A DNA stretch of 64,000 bases from an uncultured virus (IMG/VR IMGVR_UViG_3300030202_003905) (IMGVR_UViG_3300030202_003905), one strand, 5' to 3'; counted from the stretch's first letter, positions 37,693 through 47,796 are shown. A program made the numbers and translations. Notes: generated by a model not told the origin, from the sequence alone.

Positions 37693-39024
37693 ATGTCAGT
37701 AAACTCTTTGGATTTAGAATACTACGAAAATGTAGTACTATATAAATGCATTACAGATCCGAGATACCTTGGGTCTATAATTGATCACGTTCATCCACGG
37801 TATTTTGACAATAAAAATTATAGAAGTATAATTTCAATTATAAAAGCATTCTTTATTAAAAGACAAACAATACCGAGTGCTACAGAAATTGCATCTTATT
37901 GTACTACCCCTGAATTAAAACTTAATTTAAAACAAACTCTATTAAAAATAGATCAATTAGACAAATCATTTAACAACGACGAGCTGTATACAAACACGGA
38001 AAGATTTTTAAAAGAAAAGTCCGTGTATCATACTATGTTAGACGTTGCAGATGACTGTTCAAAAGGTAAGGTTGAACCAACAGAAATATTTGACAAGTTT
38101 GAAAAGTGTTGTGGTATTAATTTATCGGTAGATCTTGGGTTTGATCTTCTTGTAGACCATGAAAAGTTAATTGAAAACCTTCAAATCGATGAACCAACCA
38201 TACCATCAGGTTGGGCATGGGTAGATGAAATGTTAGATGGTGGGTTTCTTGAAAATGGTCGTTCTATTTATGTGTTTGCTGGTGAAACTAATGTTGGTAA
38301 GTCTATTTTCTTGGGTAACATAGCAGTAAACATGGCCAAACAAGGTAAAACGGTGTTGGTGGTGTCACTTGAAATGAGTGAACTAATGTATGCTAAGAGA
38401 CTTGCAGGTAATCTTACTGGACTAGAAATTAATAATCTAAGACATGAAATTCCAGAGTTAAGAACCAAGATGCAAAAAGAAGTTATTGAAAACCCAACAG
38501 GTAAGTTATTAATTAAAGAATTTCCACCAAGTACTATAACAGCATCACAGTTAGGGGCGTTTATGAAGAAGATAGAACAAAAAGGCATCAAGATTGATGC
38601 GTTAGTTCTCGATTACGTTAACTTAATGCATTCACCAATTGGTAATAATAGTTATGAACGTGTAAAATATGCAACAGAACAAGTTAGAGCGTTATCTTAT
38701 ACCCATAACTGCCCTATTATAACAGCAACACAGTTAAATAGGTCCGGTTACGATACGCAAGACCCAGGATTAGACACTATTGGTGAAAGTATGGGGTTAG
38801 CAATGACTGCAGATGCAATATTTTCAATATTTCAGAACGAAGAAGACAGGGGTTTAGATCAAATAAGGTTAGGTGTTATGAAGAACCGATTTGGACCAAA
38901 CTTTGGTGCTACAGAAATGAGTATACACTACCCAACGTTAACTATAAGTGATGGAGGTAGCCAAGATATGGGTAATGCGGCTGCTAACGTTATGGGTGCT
39001 ATAGAAGCCCTAGCCAATGGTTGA
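37693..39024 (+). CDS. gp41: Replicative DnaB-like helicase
   Basis: GETNVGKS, SLEMSE, IKEFPP, LDYVNL, TATQLNRSG and MKNRFG. Confidence 0.95.
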   Translation: MSVNSLDLEYYENVVLYKCITDPRYLGSIIDHVHPRYFDNKNYRSIISIIKAFFIKRQTIPSATEIASYCTTPELKLNLKQTLLKIDQLDKSFNNDELYTNTERFLKEKSVYHTMLDVADDCSKGKVEPTEIFDKFEKCCGINLSVDLGFDLLVDHEKLIENLQIDEPTIPSGWAWVDEMLDGGFLENGRSIYVFAGETNVGKSIFLGNIAVNMAKQGKTVLVVSLEMSELMYAKRLAGNLTGLEINNLRHEIPELRTKMQKEVIENPTGKLLIKEFPPSTITASQLGAFMKKIEQKGIKIDALVLDYVNLMHSPIGNNSYERVKYATEQVRALSYTHNCPIITATQLNRSGYDTQDPGLDTIGESMGLAMTADAIFSIFQNEEDRGLDQIRLGVMKNRFGPNFGATEMSIHYPTLTISDGGSQDMGNAAANVMGAIEALANG

Positions 39025-39053
39025 GAATCGTAGTAAAAATCATAAATTTCTAA

Positions 39054-39956
39054 ATGAACGGTAAAGATTACGTATTTACTGATTCGGATTTAGATGGGGT
39101 TGGTAGTTTTTTAGTACTCAAATGGATACTTGATACGGAAATTTCCTACAAAACCACCACCCATAAGAATTTTAGGGGGGACTTTGTAAAGTTTCTCAGT
39201 AAAAATAAAATTTCCGAATTTGATACAATTTATATCTGTGATTTAAATGTTAGTGACCACTCAGATTTACTTAATTATAAAAATATTGTTGTTATTGACC
39301 ATCATAATGGTAAAGACAATTACGATGAGTTTACAAAACCTACTTTAGTGTTAGATAGTGACTACACTTCTACTACAAAGCTGGTATTGAAGTATGGTCT
39401 GGATACAATTCCCAATACTAACACAAAACTTACAGGTGCTAAAGCTAAATTAATACAGTTGGTGGATGATTATGATAGTTACAAGTTATCTCATGAAGAA
39501 AGCTTGGGTGTTAATCATGTTTTGTGGAGCTATACAGGTGATAGAGTTGCTAAATTTATACAAGAGTTTGGTGATGGGTTTAGTGGTTTTAGTTTACATC
39601 AAAAAAACATGGTTGTGTTAGCTAATAACAAGATCCACGATCAAGTAGAGAATGGAGAAGCGTTTTCTTATAAGACAAACATTGACGGTAAACCATATAA
39701 ACTAATTTCTTCGGTTTGTTCCCATAATATTAACGAAGTTGCATCTGGGTTGTTAAAGAAGCATGCTTCAGACATTGTATTCATAATAAATCCAAAATCT
39801 CACAGCGTTAGTGTACGGAAACGGTCAGGTGTAAGTGTAAATCTTAATAAACTTGCCGGTAAACTAATTGATGGAGGTGGTCATACTGATTCAGCTGGTG
39901 GAAAGCTGACAGAGGCATTTTTAAAGTTCACTAAACTCTTTAAAGTTGAAGTATGA
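39054..39956 (+). CDS. DHH/DHHA1 phosphoesterase (NrnA-like)
   Basis: DSDLDG, ICDL, IDHH, SVSVR and GGGHTDSAG. Confidence 0.88.
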   Translation: MNGKDYVFTDSDLDGVGSFLVLKWILDTEISYKTTTHKNFRGDFVKFLSKNKISEFDTIYICDLNVSDHSDLLNYKNIVVIDHHNGKDNYDEFTKPTLVLDSDYTSTTKLVLKYGLDTIPNTNTKLTGAKAKLIQLVDDYDSYKLSHEESLGVNHVLWSYTGDRVAKFIQEFGDGFSGFSLHQKNMVVLANNKIHDQVENGEAFSYKTNIDGKPYKLISSVCSHNINEVASGLLKKHASDIVFIINPKSHSVSVRKRSGVSVNLNKLAGKLIDGGGHTDSAGGKLTEAFLKFTKLFKVEV

Positions 39957-40246
39957 AATACGAAAATCACAATCCAGTAGAACATACCCACAATAAAGAG
40001 ATGGCGCATGCGTTCATGGGGTTTTGTTCCTTTGTTTCTATTTTAAATAACAAAAAAGTAAACCTTCCTAACATTTTTATTCTGTTGCTTAAAGATAAAA
40101 AGCTCAGAACACTGTTTAAGGAACAAGTTGATATCGATACCGACTTTGAAATGGTTAAATTGTTTTTATTTTATGATCCATCATTACATAAGAGCAAATA
40201 TATCATGAAATACATTAATAGTAGTAAAAACAAATTGATTCATTAG
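39953..40246 (+). CDS. Hypothetical protein
   Basis: 97-aa ORF with ATGA coupling. Confidence 0.6.
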   Translation: MKYENHNPVEHTHNKEMAHAFMGFCSFVSILNNKKVNLPNIFILLLKDKKLRTLFKEQVDIDTDFEMVKLFLFYDPSLHKSKYIMKYINSSKNKLIH

Positions 40247-40268
40247 TGGATATAACTATAATTAGTTA

Positions 40269-40931
40269 GTGACAGAATTCGAAAAGCTAATTTATAACAC
40301 CCATCTTAAAGTAAGTAGGGTAACTAAAAACAAACCTTATAAGTTCCGTACAAATTTCGATAACCTAGAAGAAGATAAACAGTTTTTGTGTAAAAAGTTA
40401 GCTCACTTCTTTACAAAGCACAAAAATATCAATCTAGATAGGTTTTTCTATGCTCCATTTAAAATTTACCAAGACAACCCTATATTAGATTTAAAATTTT
40501 ATACTTCTCTTAAAGCTTGTAAGTTATATTTCGATTATGTTAACAGTTTGAATAGATCTGAAATTGATTCCAAAGAAAACAAAGACTTCTTTTCGAATTC
40601 TGGGTTGTTTATAACAAAATACTGTTGCAAACACAAGATCAAATGGGATAGTTACATAACTCATAAAGAAAACAAGACAGATCGACTTAATTCCTTTTTT
40701 TCTCATTTAAAATCGGGGAATGTTTCAGTATATATGCTTTATACCTTTCCAGAGTTCTCATCTGAATATAAAAAAGCTGATAGAGAGGTAGTTGAGATGA
40801 TGCTCAAGGGAGTAATTGATGATATCGGTGTATATCGTGTAAAATTTTACAATTGTAAAGAGGATTTAAAAAAATATTTCGGTAAGGTTACTAAGCTATG
40901 CAAAAAAAGAGTGGATACATTAGTCGGATAA
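40269..40931 (+). CDS. Hypothetical protein, possibly gp59-like helicase loader
   Basis: Basic 220-aa ORF directly upstream of gp32, the gp59 position in T4; assignment is positional only. Confidence 0.4.
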   Translation: MTEFEKLIYNTHLKVSRVTKNKPYKFRTNFDNLEEDKQFLCKKLAHFFTKHKNINLDRFFYAPFKIYQDNPILDLKFYTSLKACKLYFDYVNSLNRSEIDSKENKDFFSNSGLFITKYCCKHKIKWDSYITHKENKTDRLNSFFSHLKSGNVSVYMLYTFPEFSSEYKKADREVVEMMLKGVIDDIGVYRVKFYNCKEDLKKYFGKVTKLCKKRVDTLVG

Positions 40932-40946
40932 TATATAATTATGTTA

Positions 40947-41005
40947 GTACGGTAATGAATGTTACCTCTACGAAAAATTAACGAACAAATATTAAAAATT
41001 ATAAA
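40947..41005 (+). promoter_or_regulatory. gp32 5' leader with hairpin plus A-rich tract (candidate translational operator)
   Basis: Promoter TGGATA-N16-TATAAT (40912-40939); hairpin GGTAAT-GAAT-GTTACC (40951-40966); A-rich stretch up to the ATG. Confidence 0.5.
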
Positions 41006-41875
41006 ATGACAGATATTAAATCATTATTCGAGAGTATTAAAACTGAGATGACAAAAGACTCCGGTCAGACAAACCGTTCTCAGTTTCTAAGAACAGAAGT
41101 CGGCAATACTTATACAGTGCGTTTATTGCCTAATGTAAAGGATGCAAGTAAAACATTCTTTCATTATTATACGCACGGGTGGACTTCATTCGCCACCGGT
41201 CAATACATTAATCAGATTAGCCCACAAACGTGGGGTGAGCGTGATCCAATTGGTGAAGCTCGTTATCGTATTACTAAAACCGGTAGTGAAGAAGAGAAAG
41301 AAAAGGCCAAAGCGATCTTGCGTCGTGAAAATTGGATGGTAAACGTGTATGTGGTGAATGATCCCGTTAATCCTGACAATAACGGCACAAACAAGTTGTT
41401 GCGTTTTGGTAGACAGCTTCATAAAGTTATTATGGAAGCTATGCAAGGTGATGAAGCCGAAGAGTTAGGCCCACGCATCTTTGATCTAGGTAAGAATGGG
41501 TGCGATTTTCGTATTAAGGTTGAGAAGCAAGGCGACTTTCCTACATACGTATCGTCAAAATTCGGTATGCCCAAAGCAATTGAAGGCATGGATGACAACA
41601 AAGCAAAAGAAACGTATGATACCATATCAGATCTTGAAAGTGTCTTCACGGTGAAGAGTTTTGATGAACTAAAAGATATGTTGAATGAGCATTTCTATTG
41701 CATAAGTACAGATGATGTTGCAAGTACAACAACCACAACGGTTATTGAACAAAAAGCAGCTGAACCTACTAAGTCTGAAGAGAAAAGTGAACCAGAATCA
41801 AGCACTTCGAACAATACTGACAGCGAAGATGATGATATTGCTAACTTGCTTAACAGCTTAGAAGACATCAAATAA
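41006..41875 (+). CDS. gp32: Single-stranded DNA-binding protein
   Basis: VRLLP, YYTHGW, NVYVVNDPVNPDNNG, IFDL...GCDFRIK, PTYVSSKF and an acidic tail. Confidence 0.92.
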   Translation: MTDIKSLFESIKTEMTKDSGQTNRSQFLRTEVGNTYTVRLLPNVKDASKTFFHYYTHGWTSFATGQYINQISPQTWGERDPIGEARYRITKTGSEEEKEKAKAILRRENWMVNVYVVNDPVNPDNNGTNKLLRFGRQLHKVIMEAMQGDEAEELGPRIFDLGKNGCDFRIKVEKQGDFPTYVSSKFGMPKAIEGMDDNKAKETYDTISDLESVFTVKSFDELKDMLNEHFYCISTDDVASTTTTTVIEQKAAEPTKSEEKSEPESSTSNNTDSEDDDIANLLNSLEDIK

Positions 41876-42435
41876 TGGATAACGAATCTAGACCACCGCA
41901 GAGGCAAATGCCGCCTGGGGAACCACCTCCTGGTGAGGTACCAGTAGCACCGGTGAACCATAATGCAGGTTTAGACCCAGACTTCGATCCGGGGGTAGGG
42001 CAACCTCCCCCGGATGATCCATATAGTGATGCAATGGCCATAAGAGGTCTTTTTGGAGCAGTACATAATGATTTAGCACAACTAAATGAACACTTGGTTA
42101 GTGAATCTTCTGGTTTAAGATCAAAAAATGTAGATAAAAACGTAATGGATAGAGATATTCTAAAAGTTATGGGTCAAAATCCACAACAACAACAATTGCA
42201 ACAGCAACAACAACCTGGACAAGTGGCACATCATGTACACCCGCAAGCTCCTCAACAAGCTCCCGTAATACAGCCTGAACAAAATCAACACGACCCAAAC
42301 CAAATTGAATTCAATTTTGATAATTCAGCCACTGCACAAGATATATTCAATAGATTATCTGATATAGAAAGAGATCAAACTAAAATATTGAAATTGTTAA
42401 ACGGTATTAAAGACTCGTTGGCTACCGACGATTAA
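41875..42435 (+). CDS. Hypothetical Pro/Gln-rich protein
   Basis: Low-complexity PPGE and poly-Q segments, DPNQIEFNF, coiled-coil tail. Confidence 0.65.
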   Translation: MDNESRPPQRQMPPGEPPPGEVPVAPVNHNAGLDPDFDPGVGQPPPDDPYSDAMAIRGLFGAVHNDLAQLNEHLVSESSGLRSKNVDKNVMDRDILKVMGQNPQQQQLQQQQQPGQVAHHVHPQAPQQAPVIQPEQNQHDPNQIEFNFDNSATAQDIFNRLSDIERDQTKILKLLNGIKDSLATDD

Positions 42436-42477
42436 AAAACTAACTTGTAAATCAAAGATTAAAGGCTATAATAAGTT

Positions 42478-43197
42478 ATGGTCATTAATATCAAAAATAA
42501 AAACCAATTTGTTACAGGTTACTTGCGCCCTATTAGTGCTTTAACCGATGCAGTAATCTTAAAGACAAAAGATAATAAATTGGAATGTATTGCAAATAAT
42601 GAACAAGGGCTTATTATTTACGCATCTTACGATTTAGACGTCCAGTCAGATTTGGTTTTAAACATCCCTAACATTAAGAAGTTAGAAAAGATTTTATCAT
42701 TTATAGAATCAGACGATATTGACTTAACATATAAAGAAAATTCGTTATCTTATAAAGACAAAAAGATGCGATTTAAGTATCATTTTCTTGATGACAATAT
42801 TATACAGGCTCCTAAACTAAGTGTAGAAAAAATAATGAGCTTACCTTATGATATTGAATTTAATATTGATTCATCTAAGATAAGCGAACTTGCAAAAGGT
42901 GCAGCATTTGTAGCAGAGTCTGAAAAATTATATATTAATATTTCTGAAGGTAAAATATTTGCAGAAATAACAGATAGATCTAATTCATCTGTAGATAGTT
43001 ATTCTATTTTAATTAATGATACTGCTGAAGCTAAAGATGTTAGTTTTCCAATGCATTTTGATATAGTAAGACTTTTAGGAGCAACAAATAATATTCGAAT
43101 TAATGTAAAGATTAATACAGAACAAGGATTAAGTACTTTCGAACTAAAAACCGAGACGTCAATGTTGAAATATATTGTACCTGGTTTGCAAGTATGA
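42478..43197 (+). CDS. gp45: Sliding clamp
   Basis: 239 aa with a two-domain clamp-like pattern (YRF/YHF linker, C-terminal YI); replication-module context. Confidence 0.7.
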   Translation: MVINIKNKNQFVTGYLRPISALTDAVILKTKDNKLECIANNEQGLIIYASYDLDVQSDLVLNIPNIKKLEKILSFIESDDIDLTYKENSLSYKDKKMRFKYHFLDDNIIQAPKLSVEKIMSLPYDIEFNIDSSKISELAKGAAFVAESEKLYINISEGKIFAEITDRSNSSVDSYSILINDTAEAKDVSFPMHFDIVRLLGATNNIRINVKINTEQGLSTFELKTETSMLKYIVPGLQV

Positions 43198-43526
43198 GGA
43201 ATAAAGTAAAGACATGTGGTTATTTTAAAAAACGTTTGAAAGATAACGGATTTATTGTACTGGATGTTTTTAAAAGTTTTAATGATAAAGATAAGCGTAA
43301 GTGGTGTCTACTAATTAACCCGGGGCAAGAATCTATCTTTTGTACTTGCTATGTGAACTTTGATAATGAGGTATCTGTTGCGTTTGAATTTAATGACGGT
43401 GGGAAGAAAATACCAAAAAACTTTTTTATGGCAACCCCTTCAATGGAATCAATAATAACTCAGCTAATTGTTACTTGGGGCGTAAATAATAATAATAAAA
43501 GCTCTACTTATTATAAAAAACGATGA
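43194..43526 (+). CDS. Hypothetical protein
   Basis: 110-aa ORF with ATGA coupling. Confidence 0.65.
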   Translation: MRNKVKTCGYFKKRLKDNGFIVLDVFKSFNDKDKRKWCLLINPGQESIFCTCYVNFDNEVSVAFEFNDGGKKIPKNFFMATPSMESIITQLIVTWGVNNNNKSSTYYKKR

Positions 43527-43873
43527 GCAAGAAAAGTAAAAACGAAGGACCAGCTCCAACACCCTTACCAGACAAAAATAATACTGATAATCTCTCTGAA
43601 AAAGAAATTAAACATGCTTTTGAATCTTTGGTAAAGCGTAAGTTTTCAAAAGAACAAAATGAACAAGCAAACCATTATAAAGAACTAGATAGAATTTTAA
43701 AAGAATATATGGATTGTTGTATAATTTTAGGTTATGACGTAAAAGGAAACGGGGTTGTTCGTGTTCTTCAAGATAACAACTTACAAAACGACGCTCTTCA
43801 TCACCTACTTCAAAAAGTTGTTGTTAGTCACTTAGGACCACCAGGTTTAATGGGTGGAAATGGGTTAGATTGA
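43523..43873 (+). CDS. Hypothetical protein
   Basis: 116-aa ORF with ATGA coupling. Confidence 0.65.
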   Translation: MSKKSKNEGPAPTPLPDKNNTDNLSEKEIKHAFESLVKRKFSKEQNEQANHYKELDRILKEYMDCCIILGYDVKGNGVVRVLQDNNLQNDALHHLLQKVVVSHLGPPGLMGGNGLD

Positions 43874-43888
43874 TCTTAAAATATTGAT

Positions 43889-44923
43889 ATGGATATTACG
43901 AAAGTACTCGTAGTAGGCAAAGGTTTTATTGGTCAACAATTATCTACTTTTCTTGCTACAGATGAAAGATTAGAAGTACATCAAATAGAAAGTTCACAAG
44001 TTAACTACCGTGATTACAACACATTCGTAGACTTTCTAACACAATATGAAGAAGAAGGAACAGGGTTTGATGCAATAATTAATGCAGCTGGGTTTACTGG
44101 TGAAAAAAACGTTGATGATGCTGAAAAACAGAAAGAATTGGTGTGGTTATTAAACACAGTATTGCCAACCACCTTAGCATCAGCAGCACAAGCATGTAAT
44201 ATACCTTCTTTTTTTAATATCTCTTCTGGTTGTATATTTACAGGTTATACAAAGCCAGATCCATATGTAGGGTACACTGAAGAAGAAGTTCCAAACTTTG
44301 GTTTGTTTGATGATGACTCATCTTGGTATAGTAAAACAAAGCATGCTGGTGAGCTTTCACTAACATCAAGCTTTAATTGTTATAATTTACGTATCAGAAT
44401 GCCAATTGGTGAAATATTCCACCCAAAAAATCTTATTTCAAAGATGTTGAAGTATGAAACAGTACTAGATGAAGATAATAGTGCAACATATATGTTTGAT
44501 TTAATGAATTTTGTATATAATGCTATTTTAGCACCACCGCCTTTTGGTATCTATAACATTGTAAGTTCGAATGTGTTCAATTCAAAAGATTTATTCACTG
44601 CTTTTAACAATAATAAAGAAGATCTTATACAAGAAGGCCTTCTTCCTAATGGTTGGTCCTTAGAAAACATTAAATTCATTAAAGAAAAAGCATTCTACAA
44701 GAAAGGCGTAACGGCAGTAAAGAGAAGTAACTGTATTCTTAACAATACTTCAGCTTCAGAGTTAAAACTACATGAATTCACTGATGTTTCGCATGATTTC
44801 CTTGATAAAGTGGTGAAAGGTTACATAGAAAACAAAAGAACCTTGGAATCTCAACCAGATAACGTGGTAGATATAGAAGAAATTCAAGGAGCCAAAGAAC
44901 CACGTAAAGACGAAGATATATGA
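43889..44923 (+). CDS. NDP-4-keto-6-deoxysugar reductase/epimerase (RmlD or NRS/ER-like SDR)
   Basis: VGKGFIG, INAAGFTG..NVD, ISSGCIF, YSKTK and LRIRMP. Confidence 0.8.
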   Translation: MDITKVLVVGKGFIGQQLSTFLATDERLEVHQIESSQVNYRDYNTFVDFLTQYEEEGTGFDAIINAAGFTGEKNVDDAEKQKELVWLLNTVLPTTLASAAQACNIPSFFNISSGCIFTGYTKPDPYVGYTEEEVPNFGLFDDDSSWYSKTKHAGELSLTSSFNCYNLRIRMPIGEIFHPKNLISKMLKYETVLDEDNSATYMFDLMNFVYNAILAPPPFGIYNIVSSNVFNSKDLFTAFNNNKEDLIQEGLLPNGWSLENIKFIKEKAFYKKGVTAVKRSNCILNNTSASELKLHEFTDVSHDFLDKVVKGYIENKRTLESQPDNVVDIEEIQGAKEPRKDEDI

Positions 44924-45861
44924 CTGTTTTAGTTACAGGTGGTTATGGGTTTATAGGTCATCACCTAGTTAAATGCCTTAGAAACAAGGGATATCGAACT
45001 ATTGTTTATGATAAAGAAACATATGCATGTGAATACGTTGATAAAGAGAACGTTCGTACCGTCTGGAGTGTGTATGGAGACATATTAGACGTTAAAAAGT
45101 TAGAAAGCGTATTTAGAATCCATAAATTCGACAAAGTATTTCATTTAGCAGCAGAGTCTCATGTGGATAATAGCATTGCTAATCCAAACGTGTTTGCTAA
45201 CACAAATGTAATAGGCACTGTCAATATATTAAACTTGGCTAAACAGTACGGAAAGCAAGTGATCCACGTGTCAACAGACGAAGTTTATGGTGCTTTACGT
45301 TCGGACGATAAAAATTGGAATGAAAAGCAACCCGTACTACCAAATTCACCTTATTCAGCTTCAAAAGCTAGCTCGGATCTGATTGCACTGTCGTATTACA
45401 AAACATATGGTATGGATGTTCGTGTTACTCGTTGTTGTAACAATTTTGGTACAGGTCAACATGCAGAAAAACTGATACCAAAATCAATTCTTTCATCGAT
45501 ACAAGACAAAGAAATATTACTTTACGGTGATGGTACCAATAAACGTGAATGGGTCCACGCTGAAGACCATTCAGAGGCTTTAATATTAGTAGCTGAAAAG
45601 GGTAAGGCTGGTGAAATATATAATATCGGTTCGGGGGATGAATATTCTAATAATCAAATAGCTAATAAAATTATTAAGTATACACAACCCGATACTACCA
45701 TAAGGTATATTTCGGACAGACTTGGTCACGATTTTAGATACGCAGTAAACTTTTCTAAAATAGAACGATTAGGGTATTCTCCAAAGAGAAGTATAAAAAA
45801 TAGTAAGGAATGGAATGAAATTATTGAATTTTATAAGAAACACTGGAAAACCCAAACCTAG
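44920..45861 (+). CDS. rmlB: dTDP-glucose 4,6-dehydratase
   Basis: TGGYGFIG, HLAAESHVDNSI, HVSTDEVYG, PNSPYSASKAS, EKLIP and DRLGHDFRYA. Confidence 0.92.
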   Translation: MTVLVTGGYGFIGHHLVKCLRNKGYRTIVYDKETYACEYVDKENVRTVWSVYGDILDVKKLESVFRIHKFDKVFHLAAESHVDNSIANPNVFANTNVIGTVNILNLAKQYGKQVIHVSTDEVYGALRSDDKNWNEKQPVLPNSPYSASKASSDLIALSYYKTYGMDVRVTRCCNNFGTGQHAEKLIPKSILSSIQDKEILLYGDGTNKREWVHAEDHSEALILVAEKGKAGEIYNIGSGDEYSNNQIANKIIKYTQPDTTIRYISDRLGHDFRYAVNFSKIERLGYSPKRSIKNSKEWNEIIEFYKKHWKTQT

Positions 45862-46087
45862 ATACATGTACGCCATAAAAAATGGTGATTATGCAGGGCA
45901 TTTCTGTGCCTATATTCGATCTACCACGGAAAAACATATTTTTCTCACAGTACCTAACAATCAAAAGATAGAAGTACCTATAAAAGACTTTAAAGATGGT
46001 ATGAAATCGGGACTAGTAGACTTTGTAGAGGTTTTACCAAGACATGTCTATAAAGTAATTAGAGCACAATACGATGCAACAAATTAA
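45815..46087 (+). CDS. Hypothetical protein
   Basis: 90-aa ORF overlapping both neighbours. Confidence 0.55.
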   Translation: MKLLNFIRNTGKPKPRYMYAIKNGDYAGHFCAYIRSTTEKHIFLTVPNNQKIEVPIKDFKDGMKSGLVDFVEVLPRHVYKVIRAQYDATN

Positions 46088-46634
46088 TAAGGTTTTTGGT
46101 ATAGGTTTATCCAGAACGGGTACAACTTCCTTACATGAAGCATTTAAAATTTTAGGTTTACGCAGTTATCACTACCCACAACACTTCGAAAGTATACTTG
46201 CCAGTGATGCTGCTGTTGATGTCACAGTAGCAATGAGTTATAAAATTTTAGACGTGTTTTTCCCCGGGAGTAAATTTGTTTATACCGTGAGAAAAATAGA
46301 TAAATGGGTTGAGTCTATGCAAAAATATTTTGAAGCTACTATCAATCAAATGGATGATGAATTTGCCAATAAAGTAAACAGAATTGTATATGACAGAACT
46401 AGATTTGATGAGGAGGATATAGAAGCATTTAAAGTCGCATTTGAAAAGCATCATATGGATGTCCTATCTTATTTCAAAGATAGACCCGATGATATTTTAA
46501 TTCTTGATATCATTTCCGGTGACGGATGGGAAAAATTATGCCCGTTTTTAGATAAAGACATACCAAACGTACCTTTTCCAAAAACCAATACTACAAATGA
46601 AAATTGGAAAATGACTCAATCAATTTTTAGTTGA
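46074..46634 (+). CDS. Sulfotransferase (Sulfotransfer_4-like)
   Basis: KVFGIGLSRTGTTSL, R...W..S and GDGWEKLCPFL...P..PFP..N. Confidence 0.85.
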   Translation: MQQINKVFGIGLSRTGTTSLHEAFKILGLRSYHYPQHFESILASDAAVDVTVAMSYKILDVFFPGSKFVYTVRKIDKWVESMQKYFEATINQMDDEFANKVNRIVYDRTRFDEEDIEAFKVAFEKHHMDVLSYFKDRPDDILILDIISGDGWEKLCPFLDKDIPNVPFPKTNTTNENWKMTQSIFS

Positions 46635-46664
46635 CTTATTTAATAGATCATTTAAAATGATAGT

Positions 46665-46880
46665 ATGACATCAATACGAGATAGAATACTCAAAGCAGTC
46701 AATCAAAAAGAAATTGATACTTTGGTAGAAGAATCGAAAACATTCGAATTTTGTTCTACCAATACAAAGACCAAAATTCGAAAAGCAGTGGTTGAAAGGA
46801 TAAACTCCCTTTCCGGAAATAAACCTAAGTCAAAAAAGAAAGGAAAGAAAAATGAAAACACTGCTTCTAGACGCAAATAA
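46665..46880 (+). CDS. Small basic hypothetical protein
   Basis: TTGACT-N16-TAAAAT-N6-ATG promoter upstream. Confidence 0.6.
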   Translation: MTSIRDRILKAVNQKEIDTLVEESKTFEFCSTNTKTKIRKAVVERINSLSGNKPKSKKKGKKNENTASRRK

Positions 46881-47796
46881 TTTATTGTATCGAATATTTT
46901 GGGTTAACAAAAACAAAAAGGAAGGCGATATTAATATGTCAACCTTAATGTTTTTACGCTCAGTAAAATCGTATGTTGATAAATTTAGTCCGGATCAAAC
47001 TTATGCTGTTTGGGACAAAAGATTAGCGTACCCTTCAACAAATTTTCGTAAATCTCTTTCAGAAAACAAATATAAAAGCAATAGAGATCGTAATGTGGCT
47101 AAAGAAGCTCATCAGAACGACGAAACGTTGAGAGAGCTATTGGATTCATTGGGAATAAAGAGTATCTACCCTAATAGAATGGAAGCTGACGACGTAATAA
47201 GTTGGTTGGTTGGTAAGTTACCCGGGAAGAAAATTATCGTCACGGTTGATAAAGATTTGTATCAATTAATTGATGAAAATACAATGGTGTTTAATCCTAT
47301 CCAAAAGGTTGCTGTTACTAATGCCAATTTTGAAATTTATACTAAAGGTGTTAGTAAGAAGAATTTTTTAGATTATAAAGCTATTGTTGGAGATAATAGT
47401 GATAATCTTAAAGGGTTGCATAAAGTAGGACACAAGAGAGCTTTGAACTTGCTTGATAAATTTAACAGTAGTGAAAAAGAATGGGAAGGTATTTTAAACG
47501 AAGAAAATTATCAAATCTACTCTCATAATATACAGATGATGGATTTGTCTTTGGGTTGGAAGTATTACGACGATGAAGAAGAAGCGTATCAAAAACAAAT
47601 GAAAGAAGGTATGCCGCCTTGTAATTCAAAATCGTTCTATGACAGGTGTCAAGAGCTAGACTTAGGTTCTATTATGAAGAACAAAGATAAGTGGACGAAT
47701 ACCTTTTTTACTAAGGATGTATTTCAAGAGGTTGTAGAGAAAGTAAACCTATTAAATAATAAATATATAAACAATAGATATGCTACAAAACAATAA
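46852..47796 (+). CDS. rnh: RNase H / 5'-3' exonuclease (FEN family)
   Basis: LLDANNL, WD, YKSNR, EADDVI, TVDKDLYQL and GDNSDNLKG..KVG. Confidence 0.9.
   Translation: MKTLLLDANNLLYRIFWVNKNKKEGDINMSTLMFLRSVKSYVDKFSPDQTYAVWDKRLAYPSTNFRKSLSENKYKSNRDRNVAKEAHQNDETLRELLDSLGIKSIYPNRMEADDVISWLVGKLPGKKIIVTVDKDLYQLIDENTMVFNPIQKVAVTNANFEIYTKGVSKKNFLDYKAIVGDNSDNLKGLHKVGHKRALNLLDKFNSSEKEWEGILNEENYQIYSHNIQMMDLSLGWKYYDDEEEAYQKQMKEGMPPCNSKSFYDRCQELDLGSIMKNKDKWTNTFFTKDVFQEVVEKVNLLNNKYINNRYATKQ

Noticed and set aside
39953..40246. gp33 late co-activator assignment
   Set aside because: Size and position fit loosely, but no recognisable gp33 motif is present.
42181..42215. CAA repeat as a contingency locus
   Set aside because: Short, imperfect, in-frame poly-Gln within a low-complexity protein.
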